From Nitriliruptoraceae bacterium (GTDB taxonomy: Bacteria; Actinomycetota; Nitriliruptoria; Nitriliruptorales; Nitriliruptoraceae): 27,485 nt of DNA. The translations under genes and the position numbers were made by a program. Below the pieces are notes generated by a model. The model searched no databases and had not been told where the DNA came from. It saw nothing but the letters and a program-made list of their open reading frames with translations. The stretch spans positions 1 through 27,485 of the forward strand of contig SLQK01000291.1 in the NCBI GenBank assembly GCA_007131525.1, read 5' to 3'. This document shows positions 1 to 7,823 of this stretch, piece by piece (position 1 is the stretch's first letter; the number at the start of each line of letters is the position of its first letter).

Positions 1-516
1 CTGCTGTACTGGGTCACGACCAACATCTGGCAGGTCGTCCAGCAGTGGATCATCCTCCGCGAGGTGCAGGCCGAGGCCGACGCGGGCGAGCTGCAGGACA
101 AGCCCGGCGGCGGCAAGGCAGGCAAGCCTGGCAGCGGCAAGGCAGGCAAGGGTGGCGGTGCAGCTGGCAAGGGCGGCGCGACGTCGGGGAAGGGCGGCGC
201 GACATCCGGCACCGCGAAGCCCGGTTCCGGCGCATCGGGCAAGGGCGGCGCCACCTCGGGGCGGAAGCCGCCTCCGAAGGACCCGGCCGACAACGGTCAG
301 GCCGAGCCCGACGATGCGAAGGACGCGGCGGCAGCCGAAGGCGGCCACGACGACGGGACGACCGATGGCCAGGCACCGGCAGCCGGTGGCCCGAACGGGA
401 GCAAGCCGGCCCAGCCTGACGAGCCAGCAGCAGACATGGGCGCAGAACGCCCAACACCGAGCGGCAAGCGCTCATCTCGGGATCATCTGCCTCGCCGCGG
501 GGGCAAGCGGGACTGA
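1..516 (+). CDS. yidC: Membrane protein insertase YidC, 3' part (5' truncated by window), with long Gly/Lys-rich C-terminal tail
   Basis: Frame 1 from base 1 reads LLYWVTTNIWQVVQQWII, the conserved last-TM YidC motif (LYWxxxNxWxxxQQ). Open to TGA 514-516. Sits directly upstream of jag. Confidence 0.92.
   Translation: MLYWVTTNIWQVVQQWIILREVQAEADAGELQDKPGGGKAGKPGSGKAGKGGGAAGKGGATSGKGGATSGTAKPGSGASGKGGATSGRKPPPKDPADNGQAEPDDAKDAAAAEGGHDDGTTDGQAPAAGGPNGSKPAQPDEPAADMGAERPTPSGKRSSRDHLPRRGGKRD
112..261 (+). repeat. Coding micro-repeats in yidC tail (GKAGK x2, GKGGATS x3)
   Basis: GGCAAGGCAGGCAAG at 112-126 and 136-150. GG(C/G)AAGGGCGGCGC(G/C)AC-type units start at 166, 187 and 238. Confidence 0.8.
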
Positions 517-537
517 GACGGACACCAGGAGGACGTC

Positions 538-1257
538 ATGGGTCGAACGGTTCACGGGCGGGGCGACACGCTGCAGGAGGCGCTGCAGGCAGCGATACGC
601 GATCTCCTCGATACCGACGAGGTCGAACTCGGACTCACCGGCGACCGGCTCGACAGCTGGTCAGGTGAGGCCCGACTCGTGCTCGACGTCGCGCCGGTCG
701 CTGAGGTCGAGGAGGACGTGGAGCCAGTGGAGGACGTGGAGGACCACCTGGAAGCCACCGGCGAGGATGCGGAGGATGAGCAGGCCCCGCTGATCTCGGC
801 GCAGGACCTCGACGAGGAGGCCGATGCTGCCGCCGACTTCCTCGAGGGTCTCCTTGATGCGATGGACCTGCCCGGCGACCTGCGCATCAAGCTGCACGAG
901 GATCACGCGGAGCTCGAGGTCATCGACATCGGGAGCGGCGCTCTCATCGGGCGTCGCGGGCAGACCTTGGACGCGATCCAGGAGCTCGTGCGGTGCTCCC
1001 TCCAACGCCAGTTCCAGCGGCGTGCACGGGTCAAGGTCGATGCCGAGGGGTACCGGGCGCGCCGCCTGGAGAAGCTCCTCGAGAAGGCAGATGAAGCGAT
1101 CGATGCGGTGCTTGAGAGCGGGGAGGCGGAGCGGCTCGAGCCGATGGATGTCTTCGAGCGGAAGGTGATCCACCAGTTGGTCGCTGAGGTCGATGGCCTG
1201 ACCAGTCGCAGTCAGGGTCGCGAGCCCGCCCGCCGGGTGATCATCGAGCGGGACTAG
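538..1257 (+). CDS. jag: RNA-binding protein Jag/EloR/KhpB (Jag_N-like, KH, R3H)
   Basis: SD AGGAGG precedes ATG 538. N-terminal GRGDTLQEALQAAI is Jag_N-like, KH motif LIGRRGQTLDAIQ, R3H motif LEPMDVFERKVIH. yidC-jag-rsmG synteny. Confidence 0.93.
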   Translation: MGRTVHGRGDTLQEALQAAIRDLLDTDEVELGLTGDRLDSWSGEARLVLDVAPVAEVEEDVEPVEDVEDHLEATGEDAEDEQAPLISAQDLDEEADAAADFLEGLLDAMDLPGDLRIKLHEDHAELEVIDIGSGALIGRRGQTLDAIQELVRCSLQRQFQRRARVKVDAEGYRARRLEKLLEKADEAIDAVLESGEAERLEPMDVFERKVIHQLVAEVDGLTSRSQGREPARRVIIERD

Positions 1258-1918
1258 CCCCTCTTCACAGGATCGCGGTGATGCAAGGCATGCCGCTCCC
1301 TGGCTCAGTTGCGCTCCCTGAGACGTGACGCGTGCCTCCGTCGAGGAGGCACCGATGCCGCGGCCCTGGCGAGGTCGACCAGGGCAGCACCGATCCCATC
1401 TCCGGCACCGCGATCTGCCGCTGGGTGCCCGCGAACGGTCGCACACCGTGGCACAAGCGGTTCCGGAGCCGTTCTCGAGGGGTGACGTCCTCGATCGCGT
1501 CCCATCATCCCCAACGCCCGGCACACGCAGGCCGCCTGACGGCGTCCCCCAGGACGCGCGCAGCGGTAGCGAGGGGAGGCTAGAAAGTATAGGCTTCTCT
1601 TCTGGTCGTGCGCCCCGCAGTACCGCGCGGCGTGAGCGTGGTCGCCGGGGTGTGCTGCGGCCGCGTTCCTGGCCAGTTCAGTGCAGGTGGAGTGCAACGC
1701 CGCGGGAGGCAGTGGGCGAGGAGGGGCCGGCCAGGAGCGGCCCTGTGCCTGTGCTCTGGCACCCGTGATCCCGAGGGACGGAGCGCAGCCTTGCCCCTCT
1801 GCCGCGACCCCGTCTCACCATGGCCTCGAGGCGGCTAGGTCGCGGTGACGACGCTGCACGCATCGCTGCCGGCGGCGTCCTCGTCTGACGAGCGGTCGAC
1901 CGTCTGGGTCCAGGGGGA

Positions 1919-1934
1919 TGTTGCACGTGGAACG
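1919..1934. promoter_or_regulatory. parS centromere site (one mismatch in the core)
   Basis: TGTTGCACGTGGAACG; the core differs from GTTCCACGTGGAAC at one position. Lies upstream of rsmG-parA-parB. Confidence 0.75.
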
Positions 1935-2023
1935 GCGCTGTCGAGTTCGACAGGGCCACAGGGCGGTGAGCCGTGGGCGATGCCTCCCCTGAGGAGCTGG
2001 CGTGACCCGGGCGGCGCCACGGC

Positions 2024-2039
2024 CGTTCCACGTGGAACC
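2024..2039. promoter_or_regulatory. parS centromere site (perfect 14-bp palindrome)
   Basis: CGTTCCACGTGGAACC with core GTTCCACGTGGAAC at 2025-2038, matching the universal parS consensus TGTTNCACGTGAAACA-type. About 700 bp upstream of parA. Confidence 0.88.
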
Positions 2040-2074
2040 CTCGCACGGGACGAGCTGCCGCGCTCGTGGTGGAC

Positions 2075-2080
2075 TATCAT
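2075..2080 (+). promoter_or_regulatory. Housekeeping-sigma -10 box, likely leaderless rsmG promoter
   Basis: TATCAT, then 6 nt (CCGCCG), then ATG 2087. No SD visible. Confidence 0.6.
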
Positions 2081-2086
2081 CCGCCG

Positions 2087-2695
2087 ATGGTCTCCGACGA
2101 AGAGCAACGCCGACTCTCCACCTTCGCTGCTGCTGTGCGCGCTTGTCCGCACAACCTGGTGTCGAGGTCAGCGATGGACGAGCTCGAGGAGCGGCACATC
2201 GCTGAGAGCGCCGCGTTGGCTGGACTGCTTCCGATCGGAACCACGCGCCTTCGTCTGATCGACATCGGAAGCGGAGGAGGCTTCCCCGGCGTGGTGATCG
2301 CGATCCTTCGTCCTGATCTGGACGTCACCCTGCTTGATGCAAGGAAGAAGAAGGCCGAGTTCCTCCAGGGCGTCGCTGAGCAGCTGCAACTCGACGTGAC
2401 CGTGCTCCGTGGCCGTGCGGAGGACCTGATCCGACGCGGGCATGAGGGCACCTACGACCTGGCGACGGCGAGAGCCGTGGCACCCATGGCGCGACTGCTT
2501 CCCTGGGCGCTGCCCTTCCTCCGACCCGGCGGGATGCTGTACGCGGTGAAGGGGGAGCGGTGGCAGGAGGAGCTCGATGAAGCCGCCCCTGAGCTGCGAC
2601 GATTCGACGCCCGTGTGGTTGGGACACCCGAGGAGCTCAGATCGGTAGCCCCCGACGCGCCACGGACGGTTATAGTCCGGCGCAGTGAAGCATGA
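2087..2695 (+). CDS. rsmG: 16S rRNA m7G527 methyltransferase RsmG (GidB)
   Basis: HNLVS, RHIAES, SAM motif IDIGSGGGFPG, LLDARKKKAEFL, RAEDL, ARAVA. Start placed at ATG 2087; alternative GTG 2066. Confidence 0.93.
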   Translation: MVSDEEQRRLSTFAAAVRACPHNLVSRSAMDELEERHIAESAALAGLLPIGTTRLRLIDIGSGGGFPGVVIAILRPDLDVTLLDARKKKAEFLQGVAEQLQLDVTVLRGRAEDLIRRGHEGTYDLATARAVAPMARLLPWALPFLRPGGMLYAVKGERWQEELDEAAPELRRFDARVVGTPEELRSVAPDAPRTVIVRRSEA

Positions 2696-2728
2696 AGAGC
2701 AGAGAAACATCAACGTACATGGAATGAC

Positions 2729-3643
2729 ATGGAAACTCCATCAGCAAGAGCCACCAGCGGCCCTGTGACCGTCTGCGTGGCGAACCAGAAGGGCGGCGTC
2801 GGGAAGACGACCACGGCGATCTCGCTGGCAGCGAGCCTCGCTGGCCTCGGAGCCCGTGTCCTCCTCATCGATCTTGATCCGCAGGGCAACGCCAGTACGG
2901 GTCTCGGTATCAGGATCGCGGAAGGGGAACCCTCGACCTACGGCGTCCTGGTGGACGGGGACGCCGTGCACCCCGCCCTCCAGGCCACCGAGATCGAAGG
3001 GCTCTCCTTGCTTGCCTCGTCCCTGGATCTGGCAGGGGCGGAGGTCGAGCTCGTCCCCGCCTTCTCGCGCGAACACCGGCTGGAGCGGGCACTGGAGCCG
3101 GTGCGGGACAGCTTCGACGTGGTGTTGGTCGACTGTCCGCCCTCGCTCGGGCTGCTGACGATCAACGCGCTCGTCGCGGCAGATGAGGTCCTGGTACCGA
3201 TCCAGTGCGAGTACTACGCCCTGGAGGGCCTCAGCCAGCTGCTGCGCACCGTCGAGCTGGTGTCGGACAACCTGAACCGGCGGCTCCGGGTGGGTGGCGT
3301 GGTCCTCACCATGTTCGATGCTCGCACGAACCTCTCCCAGCAGGTGGTGGAGGAGGTCCGGGGGTACTTCGGTGACCTGACCTACACCACCGTGATCCCC
3401 CGCAGCGTGCGCCTGTCGGAGGCGCCGAGCTTCGGACAGCCCATCACCCTGTACGACCCCTCGAGTCGTGGTTCCCGTGCCTACCAGCGACTCGCCCGTG
3501 AGGTAGCGCTCCGGCTGGAGCTGCCCCTCGAGCTGCCTGAGGAGTCGCGGGTCGAACGTCTCCTCGGCGACAGCTTCACCGTGCCGACGTCCGCACCTGA
3601 CCTGCGGGCGGACTCCAGCAGCGACCAGGAGACGGGAGCATGA
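2729..3643 (+). CDS. parA: Chromosome partitioning ATPase ParA/Soj
   Basis: Deviant Walker A ANQKGGVGKTTT, DLDPQGNAS, DCPPSLGLLT, PIQCEYYALEG, IPRSVRLSEAPS. Confidence 0.97.
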   Translation: METPSARATSGPVTVCVANQKGGVGKTTTAISLAASLAGLGARVLLIDLDPQGNASTGLGIRIAEGEPSTYGVLVDGDAVHPALQATEIEGLSLLASSLDLAGAEVELVPAFSREHRLERALEPVRDSFDVVLVDCPPSLGLLTINALVAADEVLVPIQCEYYALEGLSQLLRTVELVSDNLNRRLRVGGVVLTMFDARTNLSQQVVEEVRGYFGDLTYTTVIPRSVRLSEAPSFGQPITLYDPSSRGSRAYQRLAREVALRLELPLELPEESRVERLLGDSFTVPTSAPDLRADSSSDQETGA

Positions 3644-4743
3644 CACGACGATCCGGGTTGGGGCGCGGCCTGGCGGCGCTGATCCCGCCAGCCACGACGA
3701 GTGCCGATGACGAGGCATCCAGCGACCGGGGGCGCGACACGACGGCCGATGGCCACGGGACCGGTGCTGGAGCCGACACCACCGACACGGTGGCACCGGA
3801 AGGAGACGACCCGGCGGAGCAGGCCCCACGGAGCGAGGACCCACCCCCGCCAGAGCACGATGACGAGGTGCTCACCGCCGCGCTCGAGCCGACGGCGCCG
3901 CCCGGACCGGCCACGTACGCCGAGGTCGATCCCTCGCTGATCACCCCCAACCCGCGGCAACCTCGCGAGGTCTTCGATCCCGACGAACTCGAGGGCTTGT
4001 CGGTGTCGCTCGTCGACGTCGGCATGCTGCAGCCCCTGGTGGTGCGGCCGCTGGCCGACGGCCGCTACGAGCTCGTGGCAGGTGAGCGACGGCTGCGGGC
4101 CGCGCACCTGGCAGGGCTTGCGACGGTGCCGGTCCTGATCCGCCACACCGAGGATGCACACCTGCTGAAGGAGGCGCTGGTGGAGAACATCCACCGCGTC
4201 CAGCTCAACCCGTTGGAGGAGGCGGCGGCCTACCAACAGCTGCTGGAGGAGTTCGGGGTCACGCAGGAGGAGCTCGCGACCCGCCTGGGTCGCTCGCGAC
4301 CGACGGTCAGCAACACGATCCGGCTGCTGCAGCTCCCACCGTCCGTCCAACGACGGGTGGCCGCTGGCGTGCTCAGTGCCGGCCACGCTCGCGCGCTGCT
4401 CGCGATCCCCGACCCCTCCCGGCAATCGACGCTGGCGGAGCGCATCGTGGCCGAGGGCCTTTCGGTGCGGGCCACGGAGGAACTGGTACGCGTCCAGCTC
4501 ATGGGTGAGCCGACACCGCGGAAGCGGTCCCGCCGAACGCCACCTGCCCCGGGTCTACTGGAGCTCCAGGATGACCTGTCCGACGCGTTGCAGGCCCGCG
4601 TCCGGATCACGATGGGGGCCAAGACGGGGCGGCTCGCCGTCGAGTTCGGGTCCGTCGACGACCTCGAGCGGATCGTCGCGGTGATCGCCGACGGTCTCGG
4701 TGCCCGGGGATCATCAGCAGGGACCGAGGTGGAGGTCGACTGA
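3640..4743 (+). CDS. parB: Chromosome partitioning protein ParB/Spo0J
   Basis: ATGA overlap with par[12 protein letters not shown]-terminal peptide, PNPRQPR, CTP-binding [50 protein letters not shown]. Confidence 0.97.
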   Translation: MTRRSGLGRGLAALIPPATTSADDEASSDRGRDTTADGHGTGAGADTTDTVAPEGDDPAEQAPRSEDPPPPEHDDEVLTAALEPTAPPGPATYAEVDPSLITPNPRQPREVFDPDELEGLSVSLVDVGMLQPLVVRPLADGRYELVAGERRLRAAHLAGLATVPVLIRHTEDAHLLKEALVENIHRVQLNPLEEAAAYQQLLEEFGVTQEELATRLGRSRPTVSNTIRLLQLPPSVQRRVAAGVLSAGHARALLAIPDPSRQSTLAERIVAEGLSVRATEELVRVQLMGEPTPRKRSRRTPPAPGLLELQDDLSDALQARVRITMGAKTGRLAVEFGSVDDLERIVAVIADGLGARGSSAGTEVEVD

Positions 4744-4745
4744 GC

Positions 4746-5450
4746 TCAGCGTCCGTCGGGCTCCAGCGACGTCACCCGGCCCCGCTGGTCGGCGAGGAGG
4801 GCCTGGTCGACCAGGTCCACGAACAGCCCGCACTCCACCACCCCCGGGAGCGCGGTGATCCACAGCTCCTCGACGGCTGGATCCTCGATACCACCGGCCA
4901 CGCGGGCATCCAGCAGGTGGTTGCCATTGTCGGTGACGACCACCGGCCCCTCCCCGGCGGTCCGCAGCTCCACCTCGTAGCCACGGTCGCGGAGCCGTCG
5001 GGCCACGGGCGCGGTTGCGAAGGGCACCACCTCGATCGGCAGCGGGAAGCTGTCCCCCAGCCGATCGACGAGCTTGTCACTGGTCGCGATGACGACGAAA
5101 CGGTCGCTCATGGCCGCCACCACCTTCTCGCGGAGGAGGGCACCGCCGCCGCCCTTGGTCGCGGTCAGAGCGTGGTCGAGCTGGTCGGCACCGTCGATCG
5201 CGAGGTCCAGTCGCTCCGTGTCCGACGGCTGCAGCAGCCGGATCCCGAGCTGGCGGCAGCGTGCCTCGGTCGCCTCCGAGGTCGGGACCCCAGCCACGTC
5301 CAGCCCCCGCTCCGCGATCCCTTCCAGCAGGTGCGCCACGGTGGAGCCGGTGCCGAGACCGAGCTGCATGCCCTCCTGGATCAGCGGCAGTGCCGCCAGG
5401 GCAGCCGCTCGCTTGCGCTCGTCGATCGTGAGCGGTCCTGCCGCGGTCAT
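4746..5450 (-). CDS. rpiA: Ribose-5-phosphate isomerase A
   Basis: Motifs GLGTGSTV, IDGADQ, KGGGGALLREK, PLPIEVVPF, TDNGNHLLD, GVVECGLF. Confidence 0.95.
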   Translation of the reverse strand: MTAAGPLTIDERKRAAALAALPLIQEGMQLGLGTGSTVAHLLEGIAERGLDVAGVPTSEATEARCRQLGIRLLQPSDTERLDLAIDGADQLDHALTATKGGGGALLREKVVAAMSDRFVVIATSDKLVDRLGDSFPLPIEVVPFATAPVARRLRDRGYEVELRTAGEGPVVVTDNGNHLLDARVAGGIEDPAVEELWITALPGVVECGLFVDLVDQALLADQRGRVTSLEPDGR

Positions 5451-6253
5451 GTCGTCCCTCCCCGCCAGGTCGTCAGCAGGGTGGCCAGCTCGCCGAGGCC
5501 CTCCAGCACCAGATCCGGCTCCTCCGCCGCCTCGGGGAGGTCCTGGAGCTGCCCCCAGGGCCCGCGGCGAAGCCAGCAGGTCCGCAGGCCCGCAGCGGCG
5601 GCCGGCAGCACGTCGTTGTCGATCCGGTCACCCACGTAGAGCAGCTCCGTCGGCTCGTCGCTGCCCGCCAGGTCCAGGACACGCTCGAAGAAGGCCGGGT
5701 CCGGCTTGGCGACCCCGAGCTCCTCCGACATCGCCATCGCATCGTGGGGCAGCCCCAGCGCCTCGAGCTGCGCTCGGCGTCGGGCGGGCTGGTTGCCGGC
5801 GATGACGACCGCGAACCCGAGGCCGACCAGCTCCTCGAGGCAGCGGCGCACGTCCGGGTAGAGGTCCTCGTCCCGGAACCCGCCGTAGCGGCGCTCGTGC
5901 TCCGCCTCGAAGCTCGGCCAGTCCAGGTTCGGGGCCAGGTGGGCGAACACCGCCGCCGACGCCTCGCCCTGCACGATCGCCGCCCCGAGCACCGAGGCGA
6001 AGGTCAGCGGGGACACCCCGATCAGGTCGGCCCAGACCGCCCACACCCGGGTCTCGTCGATCAGGACCTCGCCCACGTCGAACACCACCGTCGTGGGCGC
6101 GCGCTCGTCGTGGTCGGGCTGCTCCGTGGGCCCAGCTGCCGGGGTCACGGCCGGTCCCGAAGGGCCGGTCCTCGCGGGGGTCGTCGCCGCGTCACCCGCC
6201 GACGCCCGAGGCTGGCCCGCCGGGTCGTCGGTCGGGGGAGGGTGCGTGGTCAC
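5447..6253 (-). CDS. HAD-superfamily hydrolase (start uncertain)
   Basis: Motif I VVFDVGEVLID, AGNQ, KPDPAFF, YVGDRIDND. Stop overlaps the rpiA ATG. GTG 6253 is tentative because it overlaps the upstream aminotransferase. Confidence 0.8.
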   Translation of the reverse strand: MTTHPPPTDDPAGQPRASAGDAATTPARTGPSGPAVTPAAGPTEQPDHDERAPTTVVFDVGEVLIDETRVWAVWADLIGVSPLTFASVLGAAIVQGEASAAVFAHLAPNLDWPSFEAEHERRYGGFRDEDLYPDVRRCLEELVGLGFAVVIAGNQPARRRAQLEALGLPHDAMAMSEELGVAKPDPAFFERVLDLAGSDEPTELLYVGDRIDNDVLPAAAAGLRTCWLRRGPWGQLQDLPEAAEEPDLVLEGLGELATLLTTWRGGTT

Positions 6254-7520
6254 CGAACAGGGCGTGGACCAGTTCCAGTTCGTCGTGGAGCAGCTCCCCG
6301 AGCCTCGAGACCCCCTCGGGGATGCGGGCCACCTCGGGATAGCTGAAGCACAGGCGCATCTGCTCGCCACCCGACCCGTCGGCGTAGAACCCGCGGCCGG
6401 GGACGTAGGCGACGCGTCGGCCGACCGCCTTGGCCAGCAGATCCGAGGTGTCGATGCCGGCCGGCACCGTCAACCAGATGTAGAACGCTCCCGCCGGGAC
6501 GGTCCAGCTCACCCCCGGCGGCATCTCCTGCTCGAGGGAGGCGAGCATGACATCCGCCTTCTCGCGGTAGAGCTCGGTGAACCGCTTGATCTGGTCCCGC
6601 CAGGGCTGGGTCGCCAGCCAGCGTTCCACGATCATCTGCGTGAGGTTCGACGGGCACAGGTCGGCGGCCTCGCGCAGGAGGACGAGCTTGTCCCGGATCG
6701 GTCCGGGGGCGGCGATCCACCCCGTACGAACCCCCGGGGCGAAGGTCTTCGACATCGTGCCGATGTAGACGACGCGGTCGGGGATCATCGACCGCAGGCT
6801 CGGCAGGCAGCGCCCGCCGAAGTCCAGCAGGCCGTAGGGGTTGTCCTCCACCACCAGCAGATCGTGCGCCACCGCGAGCTCGGCCAGCCGTTCGCGGCGG
6901 GGCACCGACAGCGACACCCCAGCCGGGTTCTGGTGGTTGGGGATCGTGTAGACGTACTTCGCCCGGCGTCCTTCGGCGGTGAGCTGGGCCAGGGCCTCCT
7001 CGAGCAGATCGATGTCCATCCCGTCGTCATCCATCGGGACGTGTCGGACCTCGGCGCGGTGGCTCGACATGGCGCCGATGCCTCCCACGTAGGTGGGACC
7101 CTCCGCCAGGACGATGTCACCGTCGTCGAGGAAGCACTTCGCGACGAGCTCGAGCGCCTGCTGACCGCCCACCGTCACGATCAGATCGTCGGCGTGCCCC
7201 GGCACCCCCTCGTGCCGCATCACGTCGAGCAGCAGCTCCCTGAGCTCGGGACGGCCCTGGCCGCCGCCGTACTGCAGCGCCAGGGCGCCCTCGTCGCGGA
7301 TCACCCCGGCGACCACCGCCTCGACGGCCTCCATGTCGAGCGCCGAGGTGGCCGGCATCCCGCCGGCGAAGGACACGACCTCCGGGCGGGAGGCGACGGC
7401 GAACAGCGCACGGATCTCCGATGCGCTCATCCCCGTCACGCGCTGCGCGTACCGGGACAGGTAAGGGTCGGTGTCGAGCCGCACACGGATCTCCAGGTGG
7501 TGCGATGTCGGCGCCGCCAT
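6192..7520 (-). CDS. PLP-dependent aminotransferase class I/II (LysN/Aro8-like)
   Basis: From ATG 7520: SEIRALF, SFAGGMP, ALQYG, GGQQALEL, YTIPNHQNPAG, VEDNPY, PLP-lysine motif GTMSKTFAPGVRTGW, MRLCFS. Confidence 0.92.
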   Translation of the reverse strand: MAAPTSHHLEIRVRLDTDPYLSRYAQRVTGMSASEIRALFAVASRPEVVSFAGGMPATSALDMEAVEAVVAGVIRDEGALALQYGGGQGRPELRELLLDVMRHEGVPGHADDLIVTVGGQQALELVAKCFLDDGDIVLAEGPTYVGGIGAMSSHRAEVRHVPMDDDGMDIDLLEEALAQLTAEGRRAKYVYTIPNHQNPAGVSLSVPRRERLAELAVAHDLLVVEDNPYGLLDFGGRCLPSLRSMIPDRVVYIGTMSKTFAPGVRTGWIAAPGPIRDKLVLLREAADLCPSNLTQMIVERWLATQPWRDQIKRFTELYREKADVMLASLEQEMPPGVSWTVPAGAFYIWLTVPAGIDTSDLLAKAVGRRVAYVPGRGFYADGSGGEQMRLCFSYPEVARIPEGVSRLGELLHDELELVHALFGDHAPSPDRRPGGPASGVGG

Positions 7521-7544
7521 CCCCGGGTCCGGGCAGGGCCGCGC

Positions 7545-7564
7545 CGCTACGATCGAGCGTAGCG
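7545..7564. promoter_or_regulatory. Near-perfect 20-bp palindrome holding two opposed TAnnnT -10 boxes
   Basis: CGCTACG-ATCGAG-CGTAGCG. TACGAT on + at 7548-7553 and TACGCT on - at 7561-7556, between divergent genes. Confidence 0.55.
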
Positions 7565-7653
7565 ACCGGGCAGGCGCGAACGGTCGCAGCCGCGCGCGCC
7601 GGCGGTGCAACAGCCCCGGGTGGCCCTGGTGCGGACACAGGTCAGGAGGCGTG

Positions 7654-7821
7654 ATGGGTGGGCGACCGGTCGAGCCGTCGGCAGCTGAGGAACGGATCAC
7701 CGGCCCGGCCGGCTGGCAGCGGGCCCTGCTGGGGTTCCTCGTCGGTGCGGCGATCGGCGCCGCGATCGGGCTCGTCCTCCCCCGCGACGACGGGCCGCGG
7801 CGCCCTCCGCGTTCGGCCTGA
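7654..7821 (+). CDS. Small single-TM membrane protein (55 aa, YtxH-like Gly-zipper)
   Basis: SD AGGAGG before GTG 7651/ATG 7654. Hydrophobic ALLGFLVGAAIGAAIGLVLP. Stop lies 2 nt before the GNAT ATG. Confidence 0.7.
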   Translation: MGGRPVEPSAAEERITGPAGWQRALLGFLVGAAIGAAIGLVLPRDDGPRRPPRSA

Positions 7822-7823
7822 GC

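Noticed and set aside
1325-1768. 147-aa ORF with an apparent SD (GAGGAGG) before ATG in the jag-rsmG gap
   Set aside because: Arg/Pro/Ser-rich with no motif. The SD-like bases are one arm of the 1332-1352 hairpin.
1258-2086. oriC or DnaA-box cluster in the large gap
   Set aside because: I found no TT(A/G)TCCACA boxes or AT-rich unwinding element. oriC is expected beyond rpmH-dnaA, upstream of the window.
1845-2258. 137-aa ORF crossing both parS sites (VARGT, VPRGT)
   Set aside because: It overlaps rsmG by about 170 nt out of frame and has no SD or recognisable domain. The repeated peptide is simply the translated parS.
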